A stretch of DNA of 64,000 bases from Bryobacteraceae bacterium (GCA_035632375.1 DASQGY010000037.1:5610-69609); one strand, 5' to 3'; positions 9,205 through 18,220 are shown, counted from the stretch's first letter. The notes: a model not told the origin generated them from the sequence alone. Program-made: numbers and translations.

Positions 9205-10041
9205 ATGGAACACGTTTTATCGACACATTTGTTTGTCAATCACCGGCTCAACACCGTCTGGTTGGATAAGATACTGCAGGCCGGCGTGCCTGCGGTGGAG
9301 ATTTTCTGCGCGCGGCAGCATCTGGATTATCGCGATCGGGCGCAGATCAACGAGCTGGGGCACTGGTTCCGCGCTTCGGAGTTGAAGCTGCATTCGCTGC
9401 ATGGGCCGATGTACAGCGACGATGTGTGGGGACGGTCCGGTCCGAATTCGCACCTCTCGATTACCGAGCCGGTGAAATCGAAGCGCTTGCTGGTGGTGGA
9501 CGAAATCAAGCGGGCGTTGGACATCGCGGATGTGATTCCGTTTAAATTTCTGATCCAGCATCTCGGTGTTTCGCAGGAAGAATATGACGATCGCAAGCTG
9601 GAGTCAGCATTCGGCGCATTGGAGGAGATCAGTCTGTTTGCGCGCGAGCGCGGCGTTGAAGTGCTGCTGGAGAATATTCCGAACCAGCTTTCGAGCGCCG
9701 AGCGACTGGTGAGTTTTCTAAACCAGACGCATCTGAAGCTGAACTTCTGCCTGGATGTGGGCCATGCCAATATGCGGGAAGGGGTGTCGACGGCATACAC
9801 CATCATGAAGGGGCGCATCCGATCGACACATATACACGACAACAACGGCAAGGATGACAGCCATCTGTGGCCGTTGTATTCGGAAGGCGGCACCATCGAC
9901 TGGCCGGAGGCGATGAAGCTGCTGCGCACAGGCGCCGGCCAATATCCTTTGCTGCTGGAGTTGCGCGAGTATCCTGAGTTTCCGCTGCCGCAGGCGCTGG
10001 CGACGGTGAAGACTCTTTTCGAAAAACTAGAGACTATTTGA
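9205..10041 (+). CDS. Sugar phosphate isomerase/epimerase (xylose-isomerase-like TIM barrel)
   Basis: Family-typical N-terminus (LSTHLF), then LLENIPNQL...CLDVGHANM...STHIHDN (metal-binding His/Asp/Glu pattern). I prefer the ATG at 9205; the ORF track uses a GTG at 9187. Confidence 0.75.
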   Translation: MEHVLSTHLFVNHRLNTVWLDKILQAGVPAVEIFCARQHLDYRDRAQINELGHWFRASELKLHSLHGPMYSDDVWGRSGPNSHLSITEPVKSKRLLVVDEIKRALDIADVIPFKFLIQHLGVSQEEYDDRKLESAFGALEEISLFARERGVEVLLENIPNQLSSAERLVSFLNQTHLKLNFCLDVGHANMREGVSTAYTIMKGRIRSTHIHDNNGKDDSHLWPLYSEGGTIDWPEAMKLLRTGAGQYPLLLELREYPEFPLPQALATVKTLFEKLETI

Positions 10042-11351
10042 TGGCATACCCGAGAATCAGAATTGAAGATGCCGGCAAGCACGCCGGTGAATCCGTTGAA
10101 TTGGCGGGGTGGTTGTACAACCTGCGCAAGTCGGGCAAGATCGCGTTTCCACTGCTGCGCGATGGAACGGGGATCATGCAGTGCGTGGCGGTGAAGGCGA
10201 ATATCGACGAGGCGTTGTTTGAGACGCTGAAGAATTTGACGCAGGAATCGTCGCTGATTCTGCGCGGGAAGATTCGGGCGGAGCAGCGCGCGCCGGGCGG
10301 ATATGAGATGGACGTGGAAGGCGCAGAGGTGGTGCAGCGCGTTCCTGAAGCGGAGCCGTATCCGATCACGCCGAAGGAGCACGGTCCCGATTTCCTGATG
10401 GACCATCGGCACTTGTGGCTGCGCAGCAAGCGGCAGCACGCGGTGATCCGGGTGCGGCACGAAGTGATCAAGGCGGTTCGCGATTATTTCGATTCGCACG
10501 GCTTCACGCTGGTGGACACGCCCATTTTCACGCCGGCGGCTTGCGAAGGTACCACCACGCTGTTTGAGGTGGATTATTTCGAGGACGAGAAAGTCTATCT
10601 TACGCAGTCGGGCCAGCTTTACAACGAGGCGGACGCGATGGCGTTCGGCAAGGTTTACTGTTTCGGGCCGACGTTTCGCGCGGAGAAATCGAAAACGCGG
10701 CGTCACCTTACCGAATTCTGGATGGTGGAGCCGGAGATGGCTTATGCGACGCTGGAGGACGCCAAGCAACTGGCTGAGGATCTGATTGTTTTTGTGGTCG
10801 GGAGGGTGCTGGAGAATCGGCGCAAGGAACTGGAGGCGTTGGAGCGCGACATCGCGAAGCTGGAAACGGTGAAGGCGCCGTTTCCGCGGATGAGCTACGA
10901 CGACGCGGTGAAGGCGCTGCAGGCGAAGGGCAGCGAAATCCAATGGGGCGGCGATTTCGGCGGGCCGGATGAAACCATGATCACCGAGGGGTTGGATCGG
11001 CCGCTGATGGTGGATCGGTACCCTACGCAGGTGAAGGCTTTCTACTTTGAGCCGGACGCGGATCGGCCGGAGTTGGCGCTGGGTGTGGACGTGATCGCGC
11101 CGGAGGGATATGGCGAGATCGTCGGCGGCGGACAGAGGATTCACGATTTGAATTTGTTGCTGAAGCGGTTGGAGGAGCATAAGCTGCCGGCGGAGGCATT
11201 CAATTGGTATTTGGATTTGCGGAAGTTTGGCAGCGTGCCGCATGCGGGGTTTGGGATGGGGATTGAGCGATTTGTGGCGTGGATGTGCGGGTTGGAGCAT
11301 ATTCGGGAGACGATTCCGTATCCCCGGATGCTGTATCGGACGCGGCCGTGA
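10038..11351 (+). CDS. asnS: Asparagine--tRNA ligase (Thermus/archaeal-type, ~437 aa)
   Basis: Class II aaRS motifs are present: [57 protein letters not shown] and a C-terminal IPYPRM. Collinear along its whole length with the ~438-aa Thermus AsnRS as I recall it. The ATG overlaps the upstream stop (ATGA). Confidence 0.93.
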   Translation: MMAYPRIRIEDAGKHAGESVELAGWLYNLRKSGKIAFPLLRDGTGIMQCVAVKANIDEALFETLKNLTQESSLILRGKIRAEQRAPGGYEMDVEGAEVVQRVPEAEPYPITPKEHGPDFLMDHRHLWLRSKRQHAVIRVRHEVIKAVRDYFDSHGFTLVDTPIFTPAACEGTTTLFEVDYFEDEKVYLTQSGQLYNEADAMAFGKVYCFGPTFRAEKSKTRRHLTEFWMVEPEMAYATLEDAKQLAEDLIVFVVGRVLENRRKELEALERDIAKLETVKAPFPRMSYDDAVKALQAKGSEIQWGGDFGGPDETMITEGLDRPLMVDRYPTQVKAFYFEPDADRPELALGVDVIAPEGYGEIVGGGQRIHDLNLLLKRLEEHKLPAEAFNWYLDLRKFGSVPHAGFGMGIERFVAWMCGLEHIRETIPYPRMLYRTRP

Positions 11352-11383
11352 GATTGGATGTGAGGGACGTTCGCGCTAGACCA

Positions 11384-11568
11384 AGCGGTTTGACAAACCG
11401 CTGCAGGTTATCAACCTGCCCCACAGTGCAGGGGAGCCGCAGCCGAACGGCTGGGTCAGTGTGGCGCACGCTCTCAAGCGTGCTGTGTTCGCAATCGTGC
11501 GAACACCTTATATTCGAACGCCCTAGCTTGCGTTCACACGAGTGTGAACGCTGCACGCACGAGTGCGC
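11384..11568. repeat. Array of at least 7 consecutive short hairpins (REP-like intergenic repeat cluster)
   Basis: AGCGGTT-tgaca-AACCGCT (11384-11402), GCAGGTT-atc-AACCTGC (11403-11419) followed by CCCACAG, CAGCC-gaac-GGCTG, CACGC-tctcaa-GCGTG, GTTCGCA-atcg-TGCGAAC (11487-11504), GCGTTCACA-cgag-TGTGAACGC (11530-11551) and GCAC-gcacga-GTGC. These fill the 260-bp asnS-rocF spacer. Confidence 0.8.
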
Positions 11569-11610
11569 CAAAACACGGATTTTCAGGGCTAGTGGGGGAG
11601 ATTCCCAGAG

Positions 11611-12525
11611 ATGAGGCATTCGCACATTGCTGTTCTTGGCGCGCCCCTCGATCTTGGGGCGGGACGGCGGGGCGTGGATATGGGGCCGTCGGCGGTGCGG
11701 GTGGCTAATCTGAATGGGCGGCTGACGGAGCTTGGGTATGAGGTGGAGGATCTGGGGAACGTTCCGGTGGTGCAGCGCGAGAGCCATCCGGAAGGGCATC
11801 CCGAGGCGAGGTTCCTTCCGCAGATCACCGAAACATGCACACACTTGGCGGAGAGGGTGGGCCAGGTGTTGCGCGAGGGGAAGTTTCCGCTGGTACTGGG
11901 CGGCGACCACTCCATCGCAGTCGGCACGGTGGCCGGTGTGTCGAAACACATGCGCGAGCGGCAGGAGAAGCTGGGGATGATCTGGATCGACGCGCATGCG
12001 GACATGAACACGCCTGACACCAGTCCCAGCGGGAATGTTCACGGGATGCCGCTGGCTTGTTGCATCGGACGCGGCGCGGCGGAACTTACGGATATCTTTG
12101 GCTACGCTCCCAAGGTTGATGCGGCCCACGTCGCGCTGGTTGGCATTCGCTCGGTGGACCAATTGGAACGCGACAACGTGCAGCAATCCGGGGTTCATGT
12201 ATTCACCATGCGCGATATCGACGAGCGTGGGATGGGGCCGGTGATCGAGGAAGCCATTCGCGTGGCCACTTCCGGGACTGCGGGATTTCATGTGTCGCTG
12301 GACATGGATGCCGTGGATCCGCAGGAAGCGCCGGGCGTGGGAACTCCGGTGCGCGGAGGCATCACTTATCGCGAGGCGCACCTGGCCATGGAGACGATGA
12401 ACGATAGCGGAAAGATGGTGTCGATGGAGGTGGTGGAAGTGAATCCGGTGATCGATGAAGCGAATCGCACAGCGGTGCTGGCGGTGGAACTGGTGATGTC
12501 GGCGATGGGCAAGAGGATCTTGTAA
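11611..12525 (+). CDS. rocF: Arginase
   Basis: Ureohydrolase Mn-binding blocks are present: GGDHSIAVGTV, WIDAHADMNTP, SLDMDAVDP, plus the family-typical N-terminus (IAVLGAPLDLGAGRRGVDMGP). Confidence 0.93.
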   Translation: MRHSHIAVLGAPLDLGAGRRGVDMGPSAVRVANLNGRLTELGYEVEDLGNVPVVQRESHPEGHPEARFLPQITETCTHLAERVGQVLREGKFPLVLGGDHSIAVGTVAGVSKHMRERQEKLGMIWIDAHADMNTPDTSPSGNVHGMPLACCIGRGAAELTDIFGYAPKVDAAHVALVGIRSVDQLERDNVQQSGVHVFTMRDIDERGMGPVIEEAIRVATSGTAGFHVSLDMDAVDPQEAPGVGTPVRGGITYREAHLAMETMNDSGKMVSMEVVEVNPVIDEANRTAVLAVELVMSAMGKRIL

Positions 12526-12528
12526 GCG

Positions 12529-13509
12529 ATGAAGAAGAACGTTGCGGTTGTTTATGGCGGGCGCAGCGGCGAGCACGAGGTGTCGCTGCGCTCGGCGAAA
12601 TCCATCATGGATGCGATGGATACGGAGAAGTACAAAATTCTGCACTATCTGATTTCGAAGGAAGGCAAATGGAGTCCGCGGCCGATTGTTCCGGAGCCGC
12701 ATGGCAATGCCGGGATCGACGTGGTGTTCCCCGTTCTGCATGGGACTTTCGGCGAGGATGGAACGGTGCAAGGGCTGCTGGAGCTGGCCGATTTGCCCTA
12801 TGTTGGAGCGGGCGTGTTGGCATCTTCCGTATCGATGGACAAAGAAGTGATGAAGCGCCTGGCGAAGGAACGCGGGCTGCCTGTGGGGGACTACGCGGTA
12901 TTCGCGAGCGGCGATTTGGATCACGCCGAAAGTATTTGTTCGAAATTGGGCTTCCCGATGTTCGTCAAGCCGGCCAATCTGGGGTCGTCCGTCGGCATTT
13001 CCAAGGTGAAGAATTGTGAGGAGTTGAAGACAGCTTTGGCGTTTGCCGCGTCGTATGACCGGAAAGTGATTGTCGAGCGTGGCATCATCGGGCGGGAATT
13101 CGAATGCTCGGTGCTGGGCAACGACCAACCGGTCGCGGCCACGCCTTGCGAAATTTTCCCGTCGCAAGACTTCTACGATTACGACGACAAATATCTTCTG
13201 GAGAAGGCGGAGACCAAGATCCCGGCCGATCTGTCGCCGGAGCAGACGGAGGAATTACGCCGTCTGGCGGTGGAATGCTATCGCGCGGTGCAGTGTGAAG
13301 GGATGGCGCGCGTGGATTTTCTAATGGAGGCGGCCACGGGGAAACTGTACATCAACGAGATCAACACCATTCCCGGATTCACGTCCATCAGCATGTACCC
13401 TAAGATGTGGGAGCATTCCGGCCTGGCGATGCCGAAGCTGATCGACCGGCTGATTGAGCTTGCGGTGGAACGGCATGAGGCCAAGAAACGCTTGCGGTAC
13501 TCGAAGTAG
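12529..13509 (+). CDS. ddl: D-alanine--D-alanine ligase
   Basis: N-terminus VAVVYGGRSGEHEVSLRSA, VFPVLHGTFGEDGTVQGLLE, an ATP-grasp core, and NEINTIPGFT. Confidence 0.95.
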   Translation: MKKNVAVVYGGRSGEHEVSLRSAKSIMDAMDTEKYKILHYLISKEGKWSPRPIVPEPHGNAGIDVVFPVLHGTFGEDGTVQGLLELADLPYVGAGVLASSVSMDKEVMKRLAKERGLPVGDYAVFASGDLDHAESICSKLGFPMFVKPANLGSSVGISKVKNCEELKTALAFAASYDRKVIVERGIIGREFECSVLGNDQPVAATPCEIFPSQDFYDYDDKYLLEKAETKIPADLSPEQTEELRRLAVECYRAVQCEGMARVDFLMEAATGKLYINEINTIPGFTSISMYPKMWEHSGLAMPKLIDRLIELAVERHEAKKRLRYSK

Positions 13510-14946
13510 ATGATCTTCCCCTTGTTGCTTTTTTTCGCGCCGCCGGCATCGACGGCGGACTTGGACGCTTCGCTCAAACGCTTCATCGACGTGCTGGCCA
13601 TCGTTCAACGCGAAGCGGCCGATCCGGTGAACACCGAGCAGGCCATGTACCAGGGCGCGATTCCCGGAATGCTGCGGCGGCTGGACCCGCATTCCATCTT
13701 TTTCGATCCGCAGCAAAACGAGCAGCTCAAGGAAATGGAGCGGTCCGAGCGCAAGGGGTTTGGAACCGTGGTGTCGGTGCTGCCGGGGCGCGTGATCGTA
13801 TTGCAGGCGCTGCCGGGGACGCCGTCGGCCAAGGCGGGGTTGCAGCCGGGCGATGAGATTGTGGCGGTGAACAATGTTGCACTGGCGCGGTTGAATTTCG
13901 AACAGATCGTCGGATTTTTGAGTGAGTCGCGGCAACATCAGGCGCAGCTTGTGGTGCGGCGGCCCACCAATGTCCGGATGCTGCAGTTCGTGCTGGACCC
14001 TGCGCTGGTGGACTCGCCCAGCGTGGACCGGGCGTTTCTGGTGCGGCCGGGCGTCGGCTATATACGGCTCAGCGGGTTCGATCCGCAGACCGCGCGGCAA
14101 TTCAAGGAAGCGATCGAATCGCTGGGCGGCGAGAAGCTGAAGGGACTGGTTCTGGATTTGCGCGACAATCCGGGCGGCGTGGTGCAGACCGCGCTCGAGT
14201 CTGCGTCCTATTTCCTGAAGCCGGGACAGAAGATTCTCAGCGTGAAGGGACGGAGCGTCGCGGGGCAGGATGTCGATGTGCCGAAGACCGCGACACCATA
14301 CGCATTCCCGGTTGCCGTGCTGGTGAACGCGAAGACGGCAAGCGCCGCGGAGATTGTCAGCGGCGCGTTACAGGATCATGACCGCGCGGTGATCCTGGGT
14401 GAGCCCAGCTACGGCAAGGGTCTGGTGCAGAACGTTTTTCCACTTTCGAGCAACACCGCCGTGGCGCTCACCACCGCGTTCTATTACACTCCCAGCGGGC
14501 GATCCATTCAAAAGCCGCTGGCCACCGGCCAGTTGGAAGTGGAGAAGCAGTCCGAGGAGTTCAAGACCGATTCGGGCCGCGTGGTGTTGGGCGGTGGCGG
14601 CATCCAGCCGGATATCAAGATGCAACCGGAATCGCCCAGCCGTCTACGTATCGTGCTGGATGCCAGCGGCGTGATGACTTCTTTTGCTACGGATTACACG
14701 CAGAAGAATAAGATCACCGATCGCTTCGAGGTGACGCCTTCCATTCTGGAGGATTTTCAGGTCTACGCGAGCGATCGCAATATCCAGCCCGGTGTGGCGG
14801 AGTGGGCGGCGGTGCGCGCGTGGCTACAAAGCCGGCTGAAGCAGGAGATTTTCAACCAGGCGCTGGGCGTGGCCAAAGGCGACGAAGTGGAAGTGCAAAG
14901 GGACCCGCTGGTTCGCGCCGCCGTGGACGCCTTGAGAATTCGGTAA
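13510..14946 (+). CDS. Carboxyl-terminal processing protease (peptidase S41) with PDZ domain
   Basis: PDZ segment (GTPSAKAGLQPGDEIVAVNN) and S41 catalytic blocks LVLDLRDNPGGVV and NAKTASAAEIVSGALQDHDRAVILGEPSYGKG. The start codon immediately follows the ddl stop. Confidence 0.9.
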   Translation: MIFPLLLFFAPPASTADLDASLKRFIDVLAIVQREAADPVNTEQAMYQGAIPGMLRRLDPHSIFFDPQQNEQLKEMERSERKGFGTVVSVLPGRVIVLQALPGTPSAKAGLQPGDEIVAVNNVALARLNFEQIVGFLSESRQHQAQLVVRRPTNVRMLQFVLDPALVDSPSVDRAFLVRPGVGYIRLSGFDPQTARQFKEAIESLGGEKLKGLVLDLRDNPGGVVQTALESASYFLKPGQKILSVKGRSVAGQDVDVPKTATPYAFPVAVLVNAKTASAAEIVSGALQDHDRAVILGEPSYGKGLVQNVFPLSSNTAVALTTAFYYTPSGRSIQKPLATGQLEVEKQSEEFKTDSGRVVLGGGGIQPDIKMQPESPSRLRIVLDASGVMTSFATDYTQKNKITDRFEVTPSILEDFQVYASDRNIQPGVAEWAAVRAWLQSRLKQEIFNQALGVAKGDEVEVQRDPLVRAAVDALRIR

Positions 14947-16097
14947 TGCCCGGGCCGGATGTTGCAGAGCTAGCGCGGCAGGCGATGTTGTTTGAGAGCC
15001 GCGTGGATCGGATAAAAGCCGCGCTGGCGCCGCAAGGGATCGTCTGGTATCCCTACCGGACCCTGCTGTCGTTCGCCGTTTTCGACAAGCTGCTCACCGG
15101 ACCTCGCCGCCAACTCCTGGACATCGCGGCGGGCGACCCGATTCTCGACTTGGGTTGCGCCGACGGTCTGCTGTCATTTTTCCTGGAGTCGCTCGGGCAA
15201 AATGTTTTCGCGATCGACAATCCTCATGTCAATCACAACCAGATGCGTGGCTTCGACGCACTTCGTGCGGCGCTGAATTCTTCGGTCCCGTTCGAAGCCG
15301 TGGATCTGGACGCGCAATTCCGCCTCCCCCAGGATGTTTTTGGTCTGGCCATGTTCCTGGGCGTTCTTTATCACTTGAAGAATCCGTATTACGTGCTCGA
15401 GGCGCTCGCCAAGCGCGCACGATATTGCTTGCTGAGCACGAGAATTGCCCAGCGTACGCCGCAAGGCAATCCGATGAAGGACGAGTCGCTCGCATATTTT
15501 TTGGCGCCCAGCGAAACGAATAACGACGCAACCAACTACTGGATCTTTTCGGAAACCGCCCTGCGCACGCTGCTGGATCGAACCGGCTGGACGGTCCGCG
15601 ACTTTCAAACTACGGGATTCACCGAGGGCTCCGAACCGAGCCGGGAGAATCGCGATGAGCGCGCTTTCTGCCTGCTTGAAAGCCGCCACTGCCCGCGCTA
15701 CTCAGTGCATTTGCTGGAGGGTTGGCACACGCTGGAACAAAACAGTTTTCGGTGGACGGAGCGGCGCTTCTCTATCGAAATAAAGCGCCCGCACCTGATC
15801 CAGTTTTCCACTTTCCGCTTCGATTTCCGTCTCCCCTCGCCCGGCCCAGCGACGCTGTCAGCCAAAGTGAACGGGGCGGAGATGCCGCCTGCTACGTTCG
15901 AGACGGAAGGGGAGCAATCCTACAGCGTTCAGGTCCCGCCGCAAGCGCTGCAGGCCGCCGCGATCCGCATCGACTTCGTGATCGACAAATGGCTACCCGC
16001 CGGCGATCGAGACGAACGGGAGTTGGGATTGCTGGTGGCGTTCTGGCGGCCGGGGCTGGAGGGTCCGGATTCGCTACTGCCATTCAAATTCTCGTGA
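14946..16097 (+). CDS. Class I SAM-dependent methyltransferase with an extra C-terminal domain
   Basis: SAM motif I is ILDLGCADGLLSFFLESLG. The start is reassigned to the ATG overlapping the ctpA stop (TAATG at 14944-14948), giving MPGPDVAELARQ... The longer ORF in the track (from 14802) lies inside the ctpA coding region. Confidence 0.75.
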   Translation: MPGPDVAELARQAMLFESRVDRIKAALAPQGIVWYPYRTLLSFAVFDKLLTGPRRQLLDIAAGDPILDLGCADGLLSFFLESLGQNVFAIDNPHVNHNQMRGFDALRAALNSSVPFEAVDLDAQFRLPQDVFGLAMFLGVLYHLKNPYYVLEALAKRARYCLLSTRIAQRTPQGNPMKDESLAYFLAPSETNNDATNYWIFSETALRTLLDRTGWTVRDFQTTGFTEGSEPSRENRDERAFCLLESRHCPRYSVHLLEGWHTLEQNSFRWTERRFSIEIKRPHLIQFSTFRFDFRLPSPGPATLSAKVNGAEMPPATFETEGEQSYSVQVPPQALQAAAIRIDFVIDKWLPAGDRDERELGLLVAFWRPGLEGPDSLLPFKFS

Positions 16098-16121
16098 GAG
16101 CAGCTAGCGCGAGCCGACCTT

Positions 16122-16149
16122 GTAAGCCTTCGAGAACTTGTTACGCGAG
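16122..16149. repeat. Left copy of a 28-nt imperfect direct repeat flanking the TIR cassette (relic 3' end of the MBL gene)
   Basis: GTAAGCCTTCGAGAACTTGTTACGCGAG versus GTACGCCTTTTGGAACTTGTTACGCGAG at 17127-17154. They are 24/28 identical with a perfect 16-mer core. On the minus strand the left copy reads ...ASRNKFSKAYKVGSR*, mirroring the MBL C-terminus ...NSRNKFQKAYRH*. Confidence 0.6.
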
Positions 16150-16221
16150 GCCCCGACGGGTGGCCGCACGATTGACGTACAACCGCTAGTTCTCGTTTAT
16201 GATTGCGGTAAACTGGGCGAC

Positions 16222-16644
16222 GTGGCAAAGCGTCGGGCTAAGGACCACTACCGGGTATTCTTCAGCCACGCGCACAAGGATCGTTGGATCGCAAAACAAT
16301 GCGTGAGGCTCATTGAGGAGACCGGCGCGGGGCAAGTGAGAGTATTCTTGGACGAGTGGGAGATCGAAGTCGGACAATCGATCCCTGACTCGGTTCGCAC
16401 GAACATCGAGCAGTGCGATGAATTCGTTGTCTTGCTCAGCCCGTATTCAAAAGACCGGCCGTGGGTGCTTGCAGAGATCGGCGCAGCCTGGGGCCTGCAA
16501 AAGCCTATCATGGTAATAGTCGACAAAGTAGGACCGAAGCAGATGCCGGAGATAATTAACTCACATAAGGCAATCGACCTGAATGACTTCGACGAATATC
16601 GCGATCAGCTCTCGAAGCGGGTTAGGCAAAGGCGGCAATCATGA
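16222..16644 (+). CDS. Stand-alone TIR-domain protein (first of pair)
   Basis: Fits the TIR_2-like pattern over its whole length: YRVFFSHAHKDRWIAK...VRVFLDEWEIEVGQSIPDSV...CDEFVVLLSPYSKDRPWVLAEIGAAWGLQKPIMVIV. The start is uncertain: GTG at 16222 (used here) or the track's start at 16138, which lies inside the flanking repeat. Confidence 0.8.
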   Translation: MAKRRAKDHYRVFFSHAHKDRWIAKQCVRLIEETGAGQVRVFLDEWEIEVGQSIPDSVRTNIEQCDEFVVLLSPYSKDRPWVLAEIGAAWGLQKPIMVIVDKVGPKQMPEIINSHKAIDLNDFDEYRDQLSKRVRQRRQS

Positions 16645-17084
16645 GTGACGGCAGACATTCAAAGCGGCGCGGCGCGATCAAGGTATTTCTCAGCCACTCG
16701 AATGTAGATACGGAAGTCGCACGGAAGGTCCGCAACTTGCTGGTACACCGAACCAGCGCCCAAGTCTTTATGTCCGAAGATCTCAACGCCGGCGAGAAAT
16801 GGGAGACCAAGCTCCGTAATGAATTGGCGTCAGCCGATGTGGTTCTAGCACTCCTGACGCCGCAATCTGTCGATTCGAGTTGGGTGTTGCTTGAAATCGG
16901 GGCTGCGTGGGCGCTTGAGAAACCTATCATCCCGGTAATCACCAGACGCGATGTCTTGAACAAAATGCCGGTTTCACTCGAAGGAACCAGGACCATTGCA
17001 CTGTCCGACATAACGAGCGCGGAGAATGCAGGCAAGTTTGTGGCTGCTTTCGAGGACAGCTTGTCGACCAGTCAAATCGCCTGA
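16641..17084 (+). CDS. Stand-alone TIR-domain protein (second of pair)
   Basis: IKVFLSHSNVDTEVARKV...QVFMSEDLNAGEKWETKL...ADVVLALLTPQSVDSSWVLLEIGAAWALEKPIIPVI. A paralogue of the upstream gene. Its ATG overlaps the upstream stop (ATGA). Confidence 0.85.
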   Translation: MSDGRHSKRRGAIKVFLSHSNVDTEVARKVRNLLVHRTSAQVFMSEDLNAGEKWETKLRNELASADVVLALLTPQSVDSSWVLLEIGAAWALEKPIIPVITRRDVLNKMPVSLEGTRTIALSDITSAENAGKFVAAFEDSLSTSQIA

Positions 17085-17117
17085 CCAGGGGATCCCTCGC
17101 GGGTCGGTGCTTCGGCT

Positions 17118-18140
17118 CTAATGCCGGTACGCCTTTTGGAACTTGTTACGCGAGTTGACTACGGTGAACGACCCGTTGGATTGGGCGGTTAACTCCAGAT
17201 ACTTTCCTTCGCAGAACTCGTCGACGTTGGCGATGAACGTGTCCGGCACATTATGCTCTTTGCCGCCGGCCATAGCGTAGTGGAGTTGCCAGAGATCCTC
17301 CAGGCCGGGCGAATCCTTGACGATTTGCCAGGCATCGGGACTGCCGCCTTTCTTTGCTCCGTTGTTCATGATGGCCACTCGCGGGTGGAGGGCCTGCACC
17401 AGGGCCGGCGAACCGGATTGATTCAAACCGTGGTGCGAAGTCAGGTAGACATCCACGGTCCCGATCGGGTTCGCGGGGCACATCAGCGCCAGTTCCTTGT
17501 TCCAGGTGAGATCGCCGAGATCGATGAGCCGGAAGCTGCCGTAGGTGATCAGGACGCCGAGCGAGCGCGCGTTCTCGGTGGCGTCGTCTTCTTTCTTTGG
17601 GGAGGAGGCGCAGAAGGGGTTCGGCTGCCCACCACCGGTCAGTGGAGACGAGATGACTTCGCCAGCCGCGGTGAGCACTTGAACGGTAATGCCCTTGATC
17701 GGGATCATGTCGCCGGGCTTGACGACGATATGTTGGGCAGCCTTATTCAGGGTCTTGACGTAGTCGCTGTAGTCTTCCTTCACCACCTTGGCGTCTTCCA
17801 TGTTGGGGCCGTGATCGACAAAGGCGCCAATCTTCATGCGGTTAGCCAGTTGCGGGACACCACCGACATGGTCGCGATGGTAGTGGGTGATGAGGACGTA
17901 GTCGATCTCCTTGATCTTGGCGGCTTTGGCGGCTTGCACGATGCGCTCGGCATCGCGGCCGTCGAAGCCGCGCCAGCCGGTATCGATCAGGAGGGATTGG
18001 CCGGAGGGCGAGACAATGAGGGTAGCTTGTCCCCCTTCGACATCGATAAAGTAGATCTGGAACGGTCTAGAGTGCGGGATCGGCAGGGCCAAGGCCGAGA
18101 GAACCATGGTCAGCAGAAGGAAAGCAGAGCGCATCAACAT
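17118..18140 (-). CDS. Secreted MBL-fold metallo-hydrolase (ComEC-C-terminal-like)
   Basis: Signal peptide MLMRSAFLLLTMVLSALA; metallo-beta-lactamase motif LITHYHRDHVGG (HxHxDH) and a downstream LTSHHG. Confidence 0.85.
   Translation of the reverse strand: MLMRSAFLLLTMVLSALALPIPHSRPFQIYFIDVEGGQATLIVSPSGQSLLIDTGWRGFDGRDAERIVQAAKAAKIKEIDYVLITHYHRDHVGGVPQLANRMKIGAFVDHGPNMEDAKVVKEDYSDYVKTLNKAAQHIVVKPGDMIPIKGITVQVLTAAGEVISSPLTGGGQPNPFCASSPKKEDDATENARSLGVLITYGSFRLIDLGDLTWNKELALMCPANPIGTVDVYLTSHHGLNQSGSPALVQALHPRVAIMNNGAKKGGSPDAWQIVKDSPGLEDLWQLHYAMAGGKEHNVPDTFIANVDEFCEGKYLELTAQSNGSFTVVNSRNKFQKAYRH
17127..17154. repeat. Right copy of the 28-nt direct repeat (inside the true 3' end of the MBL hydrolase gene)
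   Basis: See 16122-16149. The perfect core GAACTTGTTACGCGAG occurs at 17139-17154 and at 16134-16149, 1005 bp apart in direct orientation. Confidence 0.6.
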
Positions 18141-18220
18141 TTTAGGAATCCTATCACAGCCGGGTAATATTGCCGGAACATGCCCGGAGAGCGTAACGTA
18201 GTTTAGGATAGAAGTCCATT

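Noticed and set aside
11384-11568. Hairpin arrays as a possible CRISPR array.
   Set aside because: There is no constant direct repeat separated by unique spacers of regular length. The units are different short palindromes placed back-to-back, and no cas genes are present.
14802-14945. N-terminal extension of the methyltransferase ORF.
   Set aside because: It lies entirely within the ctpA coding region in another frame, and its translation is Gly/Arg-rich junk. The ATG overlapping the ctpA stop gives a sensible N-terminus.
16138-16221. The track's ATG start at 16138 for the first TIR gene.
   Set aside because: The first 28 codons (MLREAPTGGRTIDVQPLVLVYDCGKLGD) begin inside the flanking direct repeat and add nothing TIR-like. 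The in-frame GTG at 16222 is preferred, but the true start is unresolved.
16138-17084. Classifying the TIR pair as a Thoeris system.
   Set aside because: Thoeris requires a ThsA-type effector (SIR2 or TM/Macro plus SLOG) next to the ThsB TIR gene(s). None is present within several kb, so only an unclassified TIR-TIR module is claimed.
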